Source: the human T2T-CHM13v2.0 reference genome, Homo sapiens. From it: a DNA stretch of 64,000 nucleotides. Positions 13,527 to 28,665 of the stretch are shown piece after piece. The notes below the pieces were generated by a model. That model made no database searches. It saw only the letters and a list, made by a program, of their open reading frames with translations, and was not told the origin of the DNA. Each line of letters opens with the position of its first letter. Position 1 is the first letter of the stretch. The position numbers were made by a program, and so were the translations under genes. The DNA lies in NCBI RefSeq assembly GCF_009914755.1, contig NC_060929.1. One strand, written 5' to 3'.

Positions 13527-15679
13527 TAGACTTTTAAACATTCGAATTTTAAAAGTAAGGGTAAATAATGCACTATAATGACAAAAGTAATCAATTTCTT
13601 AAGGTTTATGGAAAATTTAATAAAATGTCTTTCTTTCAAGTACCAGCCATTATTACTGCTCCTCAAATCCAAGCCCCACCACCATTCCCACGGTTCCAGA
13701 AGACAACATTGAGTTTCTTACACTATCACTTATATATCTTCTAAAAACATCGAGAATCATTGACAAAGGCCAGAATTAAAGTCAATGTGAGGTCGATAAT
13801 ATTTAGCTTAGCATACAAAACAAAATAGATCACAAGAGGAAAGGTCAAAACATTTGACAACAAAAATTAGAGACAAAAGTGATTGTTGAATTACTAGGGC
13901 AAAATAAAAAAGCAAATAATAAACCAGAGGAAAAGTTCAACAAAATTCAATAAGCAAAAAATAGATATAAAAAAATAGAAAATTATTTTAAAAGAAAAAA
14001 TGTATTGGTAATTATTTCTGAAAAAGAGAAATATTAATAAAACTCGTATGCAAGGAAAAACAGCACATTCATATAATTCATATATTGCCTCTAACAAATT
14101 GGTAAAACAACTTAATGTCAACACTAATATTACCATATATGTAAAAAACAGTCATTCTTCTTAGAGAAAAACAGTGAAAATGTACAGAGAATTGTATGAA
14201 AAGATATAATTTTTTAAGATTAAGATTATAATATCAACTGGATGACCAATGCCATTCATTATGAAGAAAATTATGAGAAATATACAGAGTCGATTAAGTG
14301 GTTCCATCAAAATGAAATTTAAGTTTAAATTAGCCAATATAACCCACAATTAGTGATTAGGTAAATATAAAGTATGAGACTCTACAAAGGTGCATCCTGC
14401 ACTAGGAATTAATATTTAAGAAAGTGAATAATATGTGGACAATTCTAAGTATAAAGTTATAAAAGTAGTAAATACTATATGTTGCCATATAGTATAAATA
14501 TATAATACTATATAATAATATATATAATTAATAATAAATATATAACACTACATAGATACATGCATAGATAGAAATAAAGTAGGATTTGAAAATGATGAGA
14601 GAATAATTGACAATCTACTCAGACATACATACCCTAATGTATATCACATCTAAAAATTAGGGTGATTATTTTGTTTAGCATTCATTTTGAGGATTTTTCC
14701 AGTGGAAATAAACATTTTAAAAATGATTTTTCCAATTGCCATTACATATAAAATCAAAAGTCAAAAGCAAAATACTTGAATTAGTTAAATCTTAATGGTA
14801 TGAGAAAAGCTACAGCATGTTCTAGCCTTACAATAAAATAACTATAAACTTAGAACACATTCAAACTAATGTTATAAAATACTTTTAATAAGACGAATGT
14901 TCAATATATCGTTATATTATAAAATGAGGATTGTGAATTGTATGTGTAATTTATAATAGCAGTTACATAAAATATACACAAAAGGTTGGAATGACATATA
15001 TTAAAATGGTAATGGTAATTTCCCTTAATCAGCAGAATTTAAGGTGCTTTAAAATAACAAATGTTTTATTAAATTAATTTTGGTTTGTCAAAATTATAAA
15101 AGAGGACCAATGGAGTTTTAAAAAAGAAAACCAAACTAAAATTTAACAAAAACATAATTAAGTATTCAGAAGCCATCCATTTTTCATCAGGCTACAAGAT
15201 TTCATATGAAATATTTAAAAGTGTTGCCCTACAAAATGTCTCTAAGGCAGAAAGAAATCATAGATGAAATCTTTTATAGGTAGAATCCATCCATCTAAAA
15301 TTTATAGTAGGAAATCGTGTTTCATGTCTTTTGTCTATATAAAATTCCTTTTTTGACATTAATGGAGGTGGGAGATGATAAATTATTTTTTCTTCACAAT
15401 ATTATTATTTAGTTCATCAAATGAGAGATTTTTTGAAAGGAAATATAACTCAAATGATACTAATTTGGACGTTAATGGACACATAGATGACATAGTTCTA
15501 TCTTGATCAAAAAGTGTGTGTTTTAAAGCATTATTACTTTATTAGCGATATGCTGAATATCAGTTGCAGATTGCTGTTGAATTTATTACATTATCCCAAT
15601 ATCTTGCAATGTATTTCTTACATGCTAACCAAAGCCTTGTCAATTGTAAAGTTGTTAAATACTGTTAAAATTTAAGGAG

Positions 15680-16905
15680 ATGTATCCTACTATTTAATAG
15701 CGTACAAATAAATTATCCAACTAAAAAATGTGCAAAGAATTTGAATAGACATTTTTCCAAAGAAGATGTACAAGTGACCAACAGTGATATTAAAAGATGT
15801 TCAACCTCAGTAATCATCAGGGAAATGAAAATTAAAAGCAAAAATGAGACATCACTTCACACCTATTACAACGGCCATTATTAGAAAAGCAAAAAAAAAA
15901 AAAGATAGCAAGTATTGTGAAGCAGAAATCAGAGTCCTGGTACATTGTTGGTGGGAATGCAAAATGGTATAGCATCTATAAAAACCGGTATAGAGTTTTC
16001 CCAAATAATTAAAGGTAGAACTACCATGAAATCTAGCAATCACACTTCTGGTATCTATCTATAATTATTGAAATCAGTATCCTATCATGTCCTTTGCAGA
16101 ACGTGCATGAGGTTGGAGGCCATTATCCTAAGTGAACTGGAATAACATGCGAATAGAAAATCAAATACCAAATGTTCTCACTTAAAAATGGGAGCTAAAC
16201 ATTGAAAACACATAGACAAAAAGAAGGTAACAACAGACACCGGGACCTACTTGAGGGTGAAGGGTGGGAGAAGAGAAGGGATCAAAAAACTACCTATTAG
16301 GTATTATGTTTATTACCTGGGTGATGAAATCATCTGTATGTTAAATCCCATGACATGCAATTTATCTATATAACAAATCTTCACATGTTCCTCTGAACCA
16401 AAAATAAAAGTTAAAATTAATAAGGATCTCAAAGAGATATGTGCATTTTTATGGTATTGCAGTCTGATTTGCAAGATAAGGAAACAATTCAAACGTCCAT
16501 TGATGGATGAATGGATAAAGAAAATATGGTATATTCACATAAAGGAATATTATTCGGCCACAAAAAGAAGGGAATCTTGTCATATGCTATAAAATGTATT
16601 AATCTGAGGATATTATGCTAAGTAAAACAACCCAGTCAACCAAGAACAAACACTGCGTGCTTCCACGTGTGTGAGATATCTAAAGTAGGCAAACTCAGGA
16701 AAGGAGAAGGTACAATGGTGGTTGTCAGGGCTGAGGGAAGGGGAAAATGGATAATGGCTGTTCAATGGTGCAAAGTTTCAGTCATGCAGGTTGAAAAATT
16801 CTAAAGTTGGCTGAAGGACATTGTGCTTAAACAATATTGTGTTGCACACTTAAAATTCTAAGAGGATAAATCTTATATGATTTTTAGCACAACAAAAAAA
16901 GAAAC
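15680..16905 (+). mobile_element. L1MA10/L1MB-like 3' portion, interrupted at about 16084-16420
   Basis: ttgaatagacatttttccaaagaagat; ggatgaatggataaagaaaatatgg; ttcaatggtgcaaagtttcagtcatgcagg. Confidence 0.85.
16084..16420 (+). mobile_element. L1PA15/16-like 3' fragment nested in the older L1
   Basis: gggagctaaacattg...cctacttgagggtgaagggtgggag...aaaaactacctattaggtattatg...aaaataaaagttaaaa. Confidence 0.88.
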
Positions 16906-18078
16906 ATTTTTAAAAAGTTAAGTAGACTTCAGGTATCATTTAGAAAAACATCTCTCTTTTGGCTGTTAACCCAGCTTTATTCAGCAGAGTTTAGCTAGTT
17001 TTAGTCTCCAATCCAGTTAATCATGGTTCATGTGAATTTATTTCAGTTGAATTCCTTGGAATCACCTTCACATTTTTATATTCACTACAAAATAGATCTT
17101 CAGTTGTTGGCAGGTTTCCTCAACTCCTGCCGTATTAAAATTGTGGGGTTTTTTTTGGTTGATATTTCTGTTAAATGTTGTTCAGGCCTAAAAGCATTTC
17201 TCATTATTTTCTTTGCCATTCAATTGAGATTTTCATATAGCTTCACTGAACTTGAGATAAAGTCTAGCATTTGTTTTGCTGTACCAATACACAATGTTTT
17301 TATCTCTTTTCTGGTTGGTGATTTATTTAAATTGTTATTCTATACAGAAGCATACAACTTATTTGTCTAAATAGTCTATTGCTTTCCACATGGATTAATT
17401 AACATCATAGTTACAGGTTTTTTTAAAAAATTCATATTTGGGCATTTTTATTAAGTTTCAACATGATAATATTATTTATAAAGAGCACATTTACTCAATT
17501 AGTATGTATAATGAGTTTATTTAAGGAATTGACATTTTTGCTGAACTGAGAAGTAGATCACAAAGCAAACAAAACAAAATAAAAAGCAATGAACCAGTGA
17601 ATAAAGGCCATGAATATTGTGTAAATATTTATGTTCATTTTTTATCTTAACATCATAATCTCAAATCACTTCAGAGACAATCCTATTTCTAAAGAACAAT
17701 AATAGTATATTGCCTATTGAAATAAAATGGGGACATGGTTTAATCAATTTTATATTAAAGTAAAATTTCATAATGAATTTAAGAGAGATTTTTAGAAAAT
17801 ATTTTTTAGTTTTCATAGTACTCAAACCAGGGCATCAATGTGTAACATGTCCCCAAACACAACACTACAAATATTCTATTTTATGTTTGCAAGATTTTAG
17901 AACAACAGAAAAAGTCATTCTACTTCGCATATTCTTAATTGTTTAAATAATCTACATTATTGAAGTATAGCTTCCCTATTTTTAAAAAAACATTTTAGGC
18001 ATATACTTTGATACATTATAAAAATATATAATCAAAGCAGTTCAACCATAATAATAATAAAATATTTCTATAATTCAC

Positions 18079-18458
18079 TGTAATTGTTTTTACGCTACTC
18101 TAAAGAACTGCTTGTGACTGGGTAATTTATAAAGAAAAGAGGATTAATTGACTCACAGTTTAGGATGGCTGGGGAGGCGTCAGGAAACCTATAATCATGG
18201 CGGAAGTTGGAGGGGAATCAAGACCTTCTTTACATGGTAGCAGGAGAAAGAAGAGTGAGGAGCCAAGTGTGAAGAGCCCTAGAAAATATAAAATCACCAG
18301 ATCTCTTGAGAACTCGCTCACTATCACAAGAACAGCATGGGAGAAACTTCCCTCATGATCCAATCACCTCCCACCAGGGTCTCTTGCTAGACACATGGGG
18401 ATCATGGGGATTACAACACAAAATGAGATTTGGGTGGGGACACAACCAAATCAGATTA
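18079..18458 (-). mobile_element. THE1D/MSTA-like solo LTR
   Basis: gactgggtaatttataaagaaaagagg...ccagatctcttgagaactcgctcactatcac...gagatttgggtggggacacaacc. Confidence 0.92.
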
Positions 18459-18459
18459 C

Positions 18460-19860
18460 TTACTAAAGTTTTCTTTGTAGTTATCCTCATCCCATCACTC
18501 CACAATCTCATTCTTCAGCCTCAAAAAACCACAGCTGGTTTCTATGATTAAGGATTAGTTTTGACTATTTTAAGATTTCATATAAATAAAATATTAACAT
18601 TTATACTATTTTGTTTCTGTCTTCTGTAACTCAGCATGCTGTTCATAAAATTCATCTTTGCTACCGTATGTGATATCAGCAGTTCCTTATCTTATATTAC
18701 CAAGTCATATTTCTATGTATATATCACAATATTAATTTATTTGCTTTTGATGGGTGTCTGTATTGTTTCTAGGTCTGTACCTTAAAAAAATTGCTATGAA
18801 CATTTGTGTGCAAGCCATTCTCTTGTTTAAATACCTAGAGTTGAAATTACTCCTTTATATAGGAAGTGTGTTCTTAATTTTATATGAAACTTCCAAAATA
18901 TTTTACTCCCTAACCAGCAATGACAATAAATTATTTCCCATCCCACCAGTATGTGGCGTGTCTTTAATTTTAGCCATTCTCATTTTGTGTGGTGGTATTT
19001 TGTTGTGGCTTAATTTGCATTTCCCTGATGACTATGAATGTTTGTTTCTTTTCATTTGGTTATGTAATATTCATTTAACTTCTTTTGGATAGTGTGTATT
19101 AAAATCTTTGACCTTTTTTTGTTGGGTTGTTAACTTTCATAAAGTTAAAGATATCTTATAAAGTGTGTAAACAAGTCCTTTGTCTAATAAAGCATGCAAC
19201 CATTTTTCTCTCCTTGTGAGGCGTACTTTTCATCTTTAAAATGTATCTTAAAGGATATAAGTAATATGATTCAATAAAATGTATCTGTTTTGTGTGTGCT
19301 TAATACTTTTTTGTCATTTCTAGAAAATTCTTGCCTCCATCAAGGTCAAAACTAATTTTTTTCTACCGTTTCATTTTCGCAGTGATCTTTCCTATGTTTT
19401 CCGTGTTTCTGCCTATCTTTCATATATTTCAACTTTAAAATATCTGTCTGTGGTATATTTTTGTATTAATTGAATATTGTGTTAGTTGGGTTTTAAATAC
19501 TGTTGTTAATTCTTCCCCAAAGATTGTATCCAATTGTCCTACCCTTAGTTGTTCAAAGACTACCCCGTCTACATTGAAATTATTTGGTAACTTTGTCAAA
19601 AAGCTATTAAACTAGTACATGTAAGATGTCTGTTCTTGCTTCTGTTTTTCACACCATTGTTCTTTATTTCTATTCTTACACAAAAACCACAGTCTAGATA
19701 CATGGTAATAAGTCTTAAAATCAGGTAGTGTAAGTTCTCCAAATTTCTTCTCTTTCAAGATTGTTTAGACATTCCATATTCTTTATATTTAACTTTAAGC
19801 TATAAAATCAGCTTGTTCATTTCTACAACTTAAAAAAAAATTTCACTGAGGTTTGCTTCG
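18460..19860 (-). mobile_element. L1ME-like remnant
   Basis: tgctatgaacatttgtgtgcaag; ttttagccattctc; ttaatttgcatttccctgatgact; aaatcaggtagtgtaagttctcc. Confidence 0.75.
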
Positions 19861-20199
19861 CTCGAGACTCAGTCATAACCCATGTGATGTTCTGTCAAGA
19901 CTTCTTTATAGATGGCATTTTTTTCTTTCATCAAAAGTCATATAATGTTTACTATATATCTTCTTCTTGTATGAGCTGATGTTCAATACACTAATTTATT
20001 AGTTTATCACAAATTTTCTTATAATTACATTATTTTTCCTTCTTTTAGGATAAAAGAATACTTATAAAAAGATACATTTTACCTTGTAGACCTGTGGTTA
20101 TTTTAGGGTTTAGTTCATTAATAAAGGCAAGATAAATGCTTGGTACTGTTCCTTTGCTTCCTGACAACACATCATATTTGAAAACTTATGTCTTAAATA

Positions 20200-20590
20200 C
20201 TGTTATGAACTTATGGATTTAGTATGGTTGATGTATTTGGCTGTGCTTCATTCAGTGTCTTCTTGGATACAAATTTTCCATCTTTTGCCAGTGAATACTG
20301 CTTCAAATTGTCTCCTGAGTCTTCTTAATAAGATCCTTACTAGCTATTTTACTCCTGTGCTAATTGGTTATCAAAATGGTCCATCTTGTCCATGCTCTGC
20401 CTCAAACAAGGAATAAATTTGTTTCTATGGAGATCTCTGTTATCATATTTGCTTTTTAGTGAAATATGTTATTTCAGGACCACTGTCTGGACACTAGCAG
20501 TAATTTTTCACACAGGATGCTTCAAAGAAGAGGTTTCTTTCACTATTTCTAAGCCTTTCCATTGGCAGTTATAGGAAACATATTATATAA
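20200..20590 (-). mobile_element. L1MC4/5-like 3'UTR fragment
   Basis: gccagtgaatactgcttcaaattgtctcctgagtc...ttctaagcctttccattggcagttataggaaa. Confidence 0.5.
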
Positions 20591-23077
20591 AAGAGATTTA
20601 TGATTCCATTCTGAGAGTTCCAAATGGAATTCAGGCTTACAAACTTTATCCTATCTTGTATCTCTATTTCTTCTTTCACCACATCTAGAACCTTGTTTCT
20701 TAAAGGCATAAGGTATTATTTGATTAGAATATTGTATTATTACTAATTTTCAGTATCCCACAGTAAACACAAGTACTATTCGATGAACAATGCCAACACT
20801 ACTAAAAACATGCTACACTGATGGTTTTGTTTGTTTGTTTCTTTATAGAAATCTTACCTTTCTTCTAGGTTGAGTATGGTACCGCTACTTCTGAGATTTT
20901 AGGAAAGTTCAGTTTGAAGGGAAAGCACCCAAGAGGCCATATTATCCTTGTCCCTGATGAGTTTAGTCATCCAGATTCATCTGTAAATGAAATTACCATT
21001 TTAGGTCAGACTCCTTTGTCAGTTCCTCAAAGCAGAAGGGAGAGTGATATAATCTGTAACTACAAACCCTCCCAAACAATAACTAGGAAGCTAAAATATA
21101 TTAAAATATAACATTGAGGCTGAAAACCAAATATTGAGAGCTAGGTGGTATTTTTTGCCTTCTTTATATATTTGTATTTTTAATTTGCTTTATTCTTATA
21201 AACTATCTTTAAATATAATTCTTCAAATTTCCTAAAGGAGAAGAAAACAAACTGCTGTGCTATTTCCATGGTACACTGAGGATTATGTTTGCAGGGTCTT
21301 TGTCCTGTGTCCTCCCATCTATGCATCACAAATAAGCATGCATGCATTGGTGCCCATATGTTTACTTGGCTCAGCACTCTCCCATTTATACTTTATGTAC
21401 AATCTCTCCCAACTCTCAGCTTTTATGTACTATACTTTCATGCCTGAAAATGCTCTTCCCAGTTCTTTCTTGAGTTAGCTTCTGAGCAGCCACCAGGACT
21501 CAGCTCTATGCCACATTTTCCAAGATGGTTACAGGTCTCTGTAACCGCATTTCATCCCATAAAACTCTGAATATTCATCTGTCAAAATATTTATTTTACT
21601 CTAGGAAAATCACCAGTTTACTTCTCTATACCTAGGATAACAGCCTATATCTCTTGAAGACAAGATAATATCTAATTTTTGCTATATCTTAATTGCCTGG
21701 AGCATAATAAGTTTTCACAAACCAGTCTGAATTCAATGAATTATGGAAAGATATTCTTAAATAAGCAGCTAATATTAAGCAGTGAACTTTATGTTGCCAG
21801 TACTTTTAACTTCATTTGCCCAATTTCATCTCTTTGTTTCAAACCGTACCATCTCATCCCCCTTCATGGAGTAAGAAATCCTTGTATGATGTAAAATTCC
21901 ATTAAATTCATACCAATCATTTTTTTCCTGAGGGCTGTTCCCATTCACCTTTTCTTATTTGGTCTTTAAAACTAACCAGTCATATATACAGTTTATACTA
22001 AATCCTAAAATTAGTAACCAAAAATGCATTCCTCTGATAACTAAGAATTTATCTAAGCACAACATACCTATAATTTTATGGGAATTTAGTATATTATAGA
22101 ATACATGACTTGGCATGCACCTATATTCTGAGTTTATACCATACACTTATCCTGAGTGCTAGATATTGTAAAAAATAAAAATAATTGGTATTCATTGTAA
22201 AAAATCATATTTTCTATATAAATGCTAATATACCCATCACAACACTTTGTAAGTGAAAATCCAATGTAACAATTGTATGTGTCTTCAGTATGAATACAGG
22301 GAAGTATTATTTTCTGGACAAAATCCAGACTGAGCAAAACAAATTACACTTTTTCACATGTTATTCACCAAATGTGATCTTTAAAAACTTTTTCCAGTAA
22401 GAAATTTTCCATCAGAATGCATTAAAAAATATATATCCCTAGGTGCATAGCCAATAGAAAGACCTATACTAGGTAAAACATACATGCATTTTAACGAGAG
22501 TACATTAGACTAACTTGGGCATTTTTCTGTGTCATTTAATTCAATCATCAAAGGACATCCTTGTAACTCACTGAAAAACTTAGGTAGAGATTAACATTTT
22601 CACCTTTTTGAATGAATATCTGTGTGACATGAATCACATACTATGTTAGGAGATTGAAGGAGAATAAAGTGATGCTGTTGAAATACTTTACACATCTAAT
22701 GACAAGTCAATCTTATTTGCGCTCATTAGATTAGTATACTGTGCATCTTATAATGGAAAGAATAATAAAAATTATCCCAAATTGAGCTTCTCATTGTTCA
22801 TGCCAATAACAAAGTTTAATCTCTTTTCATGTTCTAGGAAATTAGGCTTATAATCTTTCCCTTATAATTCTCTGATGTTATGGGACAGTGGTGTCCAGTA
22901 GAAAGAAACTTTAAGAACACTTATTTCTATTTTTTATTCCATCATTTTAGATAATATTTAGGGTGATTTAAAATTCACAACATTGATTGATTTATTACCC
23001 CGCCTTCATAGGGAACAATAGTCATACTTGGAGATGTTTTTACCTTGCAGATTTCTGAATAAAACAAAGAGACTTAA

Positions 23078-23387
23078 CAGTTAGTCCTCTGTATCTGTGG
23101 ATTCACCAACCACAAATAGAAAATATTGTGTTCACCAAAATAAAAACAAAAATAAAATACAAAAATTAAAAATAATACACATACAAAAAATTGTATAATA
23201 ACTATGTAGCATTTACATTGTATTCGGTATTATAAACAACGTAGAGATGATTTAAAGTATATGGAGGGATGTGTTTAGAGTATATGAAAACAGTGCATCA
23301 TTTTTCATGTGAGATTTGAACATCTACAGATTTTGGTTTCTGTAGGCATCCTAGAACCGTACCTCCATGGATACCGAGTGAAAACTG
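23078..23387. mobile_element. MER2 (TcMar-Tigger non-autonomous element)
   Basis: Imperfect TIRs cagttagtcctctgtatctgtgga / tccatggataccgagtgaaaactg, followed by TA; internal gagatgatttaaagtatatgg. Confidence 0.85.
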
Positions 23388-23685
23388 TAGTTCAAGGCAC
23401 TTTGAATAATATGTTTTAAACATGAGTATATTATTAAACATAAGAAATACGAATAAAAATTCATCTTAAATATAAGAAATATTATTTAAAAATATTATAG
23501 CATTCAAGAGGCTTCTAATAATAGTAAATTTCAATGCTGTTTTTACGCTCTGCCATGATATGCCTAGACGAGAATATCTCCTTAAGAATCAAGGCCGGAT
23601 CAAGAACTTTTTTAAAAACAGCCTCGATTTTAACTTATAACCATGATGTTATTTCAGTAAGAAGCTAAAATGTGCGCTTATTTAC

Positions 23686-24541
<856 letters not shown>

Positions 24542-24665
24542 ATACCCCTGAGAATTTTGTGTCTGTTGTTATTTTAATATGACCTAATTTAAACAGAATG
24601 ATATAAAAATGATTATATATTTCCATAAAATAAACAAATCTACATTATCATTTCTGTAAGTTAAC

Positions 24666-24975
24666 TTTGTTTGTTTGTTTGTTTGTTTGTTTTTGAGATG
24701 GAGTCTCCCTCTGTCGCCCAGGCTGGGATGCAGTGGGTCTATCTCAGCTCACTGCAACCTCGGTCTCCCAGGTTCAAGCAGTTCTCCTTCCTCAGCCTCC
24801 TGAGTAACTGGAACTACAGGTTGTGGGGACATGCCCATCTAATTTTTGCATTTTCAGTAGAGATGGTGTTTTGCCATGTTGGCCAGGCTTGTGTAGAACT
24901 CCTGACCTCAAGTGATACGCCTGCCTTGGCCTCCCAAAGTGCTGGGATTACAGGCATGAGCCACCGCACCCGGCC
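24666..24975 (-). mobile_element. AluS with (TTTG)n tail
   Basis: Full reverse-complement dimer; flanking a(a/g)gttaact. Confidence 0.96.
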
Positions 24976-26370
24976 AGGTTAACTCTCATATGTGCAGCAT
25001 ATGGATAAAATAGTAAAGATTTTTTATATTATTTCATATCTATTTAGAATTTAGTGGAGCATTTTAACTGGCAATTATGACAGAATCATTTTTAGATTTT
25101 TCAGCAATCACTCTGCTTTGCCAAAATGAGTGGGAGAGGACAAAAGTGTAAGTAATAAAATCTGTTGAGAAATCAATCCCTTGGGTTATGAACAGGGCTT
25201 GGCTCTGTTGATGGTAGAGTGCGTATGAGAGAAATGAACAACGTAGAAGTATATTTTAGAAATAGAATGGAAAAGAATTGCTGTTGCATTATGTAAGTTT
25301 CCTTCTGTCAATTTTTTTCTAAAATAGAGTTCTCATATCTAAAGATTGAACGCCCTGACAGTGTATATATAGTTTTGCTTCATTTCATATTCTTGAACTG
25401 ATATTCACTGCAAACAGAAATTCGACGTCAGAATGTATTTTTTGAATGAAACAAGATTATATCTATTCGTGTGGAATACTGGTTAATACTAATATGTATA
25501 TGGGTTCCTAAGACTTTGACTCATGTTGCTTAATATGTCATCTCTTACTAGCATAATTCCTGCCAGCCATTACTTAAACAGTGATGGACGTCTTAGTTAA
25601 CTTGAGTTTCCAAGACCTGTCTTCACAATTGAGTTTGTCCACCTTCTGTGCAAATTTTTCTAGCCAGAATTTTGCGTTGTTTTAATTAGCAAAACATAAG
25701 TACTTTGGGGACAGGGGCAGCAAAATTAGAGGACAACAATTATTTCGAGATGCTTGAATGCTTATTAATATGCAAAATTTTTGTTGTAAGACTGAAAATG
25801 ATTTAGAACATATATTCTTGAAATTATTGGAGTTTATGTGTTTCATTTCTTATTGAAGGTAGTTAATAGATTGAAACTTTCAGACATGATGTTTTACATC
25901 TCATGAAAGAGTTGATATGGCATTGTCTCCAAACCAAATGCTGATTTCAATAGACATGAACTTCTTAAATACATCTCTTAAAACATCAAAGGCAAACTGA
26001 AGTGGTGTGTATTCAACGTTTCAGGTTCAAATTGGCCCTTATTGATACATTTAATTTTTTCATGTATTTTGCTAACAGTTTGTGTTTGCTGTTTTTAGCA
26101 CCATATTTTCTTAAATAGAATCACTTTGCTATTGTAGCATTATTTTATCACTAAAATATTTAAATCACTGGACATATTGTTTTAATAATTATTGCAATGG
26201 CATTCCTTTCAAAAAAGAAGGAAGGTTTAAAATTATCTGATTGACAAATAATTTTCCATGATACATTTTCCCCAGTTAGGAGCAGAAATGAAATCCCTCT
26301 TAATCAAAAAGATGTTTTTCCCAAATGGCTGAATTGTTTTTCTAAATATTTTAATAGATGCATGAAAATA

Positions 26371-28665
26371 CAGGCATACCTCACTTTATTGGGCTTCATT
26401 TTATTCTACTTTGCAAATATCGTGGTTTTTTACAAGGTGACTATTTGTGGCAACCCTGCACCAAGCAAATCTATCTATGTCAGTTTTCTAACAGTATGTT
26501 TGGCATGTGTCTTTGTGTGACATTTGGTAATTCTAGCTATATTTCCATTTTTTATTATTTACTTTATCTGTTATGGTGATCTGTGATAAGTGATCTTTGA
26601 TATAATCATTGCACTGTTTTGGGGTCCATGGACTATACTCATATCAGATGACAAACAATTGGTAAATGTTGTGTGTTCTTACTGCTTCATCCACCAGTCC
26701 TTCCTACATCTCACTTACTTTCCTTGGGCCTCCTTTTTCCCTGAGATATGACAAAATTAAAATTAGTCCAGTTAATAAGTCTGCAATGGTCTCTAGATGC
26801 TCAAGCAAAAGAAACACTTTTCATGCCTCTTACTTTAAATAAAAATTTAGAAATGTTTAAGCTTACTGAGGAGGGCCTGTAGAAAGAGGAGATAGGCTGA
26901 AAGCTTAGCTGTGAATGCAAAAAAAATAAAGTTCTTGAAGAAATGGAAAAGTGCTACTCCAGTGAACACATGAATAATAAGAAAATGAAAGTGTTATTTT
27001 GGATATGAAAAAAGTTTGAGTGGTCTGGAAAGATTAAATCAGCCACAATACTCCCTTAAAGTAAAGCCTAATCCAGAGCAAGTTCCTAACTTACCTCAAT
27101 TCTATGAAGGCTGAGAGAGGTAAGAAAGCCACAGGAGTAAAGAAAGCTAGCAGAACTTGGTTCATGAGGTTTAAGGAAAGAAGCCGTCTCCATAACATAA
27201 AAATGGAAGGTGAAGCAGCAAGCACTGTTATAGAAGCTGGAGAGAGTTATCCAGAAGATACAGGTAGGATAACTGATAAAGGTGGCTGCACTAAACAACA
27301 GATTTCCAATATAGATAAAATAGTCTTATGTCGAAAGAAGATACCATCCAGGACTTCTATAACTAGAGAGAAAAAGTCAATAGAGGATGATGCAGCTGGT
27401 GACTTTAAGTTGAAGGCAATGGTCATTTACTATTCCAAAAATTGTAAGACCCTTAAGATTGATGTTAAATCCACTCTTCTTGTGCTCTACAAATTGAACA
27501 CTAAAGCCTGGAGAAAATCACGTCTCTTTACAGCATGGTTTACTGACTATTTTAAGCCCACTATTGAGACTTACTGCTCAGAAAAGAAGATTCCTTTAAG
27601 GTACTGCTGCTCACCAACAATGCATCTAGTCACCCAAGAGCTCTGATGAAGATGTACAAAGAGATTTATGTTGTTTTCATGCCTGCTAAGACAAAATCCA
27701 TTCTGCAGTCCATAGATAAAGGATTAATTTCAAGTTTTACATCTTATTATTTAAGAAATACGTTTCAAAATGTTATAGCTCCCCCAGAAAGTGATAGTTC
27801 TGATTAATCTGGGCAAAGTAAATTAAAAACCTTCTGAAAAGAATTCACGATTCAGGATGCCATTTAGAGCATTCATTCTTCATGGGAGAATATAAAAATA
27901 TCAGAAGTAGTAGTAGTGAGGAAGAAGTTGCTTCTAACCCTCATGGCTAACTTTGAGAGGTTTGAAACTTTAATGGAGGAAGCAACTGCAGAAATGGTGG
28001 AAACAGCAAGAGAACTAGAATTAGAAGTGGAGCCTGAAGATGGAACTGAATTCCTGCAATCTCATGGTAAAACCTTAATAGATGTGGACTTGCTTCTTAT
28101 AAATGAAAAAAAAAATAGAGTGGTTTCTTGAGATGGAAATTACTGCTGGTGAATTTCTTGTAAGCACTTTTGAAACAACAACAAAAGATTAAGAATATTG
28201 TATAAACTTAGTTAATAAAGCAGCAATAGGATTTGACAGAATTGACTTCAATTTTGGAAGAAGTTCCACTGTGGGTAAAATACCAAAGATCACTGCATGC
28301 CACAGAGCAATCATTTGTGAAAGGAAGAGTTAATCAATGCAACAAGCTTCACTGTTGCCTTAATTTAAGTTGTCACAGCTATCCCATCCTTCATTTTTGC
28401 CATCCTGATAAGTCAGCAGCCATCAATGTCAAGGCAAGACCCTCCACTGCAAAAAGAAGTGAAGACTCAAATAATTGTTAGCATTTTTAATCAATATTTT
28501 TAGTTCAGGTACGTACATTGCCTTTTTAGACATAATGCTATTGCACACTTTCTAGATTACAGTAGCACAAGGAGACTAAATGTTCTTTGTGACTCACTTC
28601 ACTGACACATTTACTTTATTGTAGTAGTCTGGAACCAAACCCCCTATATCTCCAAGGTATGCTTG
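26371..28665 (+). mobile_element. Tigger1 DNA transposon, near full length with internal deletions
   Basis: TA-caggcatacctc ... aaggtatgcttg-TA termini; internal pogo-type transposase remnants. Confidence 0.96.
27104..27646 (+). pseudogene. Decayed Tigger1 pogo/DDE transposase fragment
   Basis: [26 protein letters not shown]...[15 protein letters not shown]...[24 protein letters not shown]; disrupted on both sides. Confidence 0.9.

Larger units (their letters stand above)
10400..14300 (+). mobile_element. Highly decayed L1M-type ORF2 remnant hosting a younger L1, an Alu and the palindrome
   Basis: A-rich L1-like phrases (aaatggaagcatatttcatgttt; aaaatcaatgggaaaa) on both sides of the younger L1. 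Confidence 0.5.

Noticed and set aside
14470-14560. AT-rich quasi-repeat (atataat units)
   Set aside because: Low-complexity sequence; no exact long palindrome.
17023-17370. 115-aa hydrophobic ORF (also 18754-19092 and 13894-14136)
   Set aside because: T-rich or antisense-L1 chance frames with no domain motif or exon structure.
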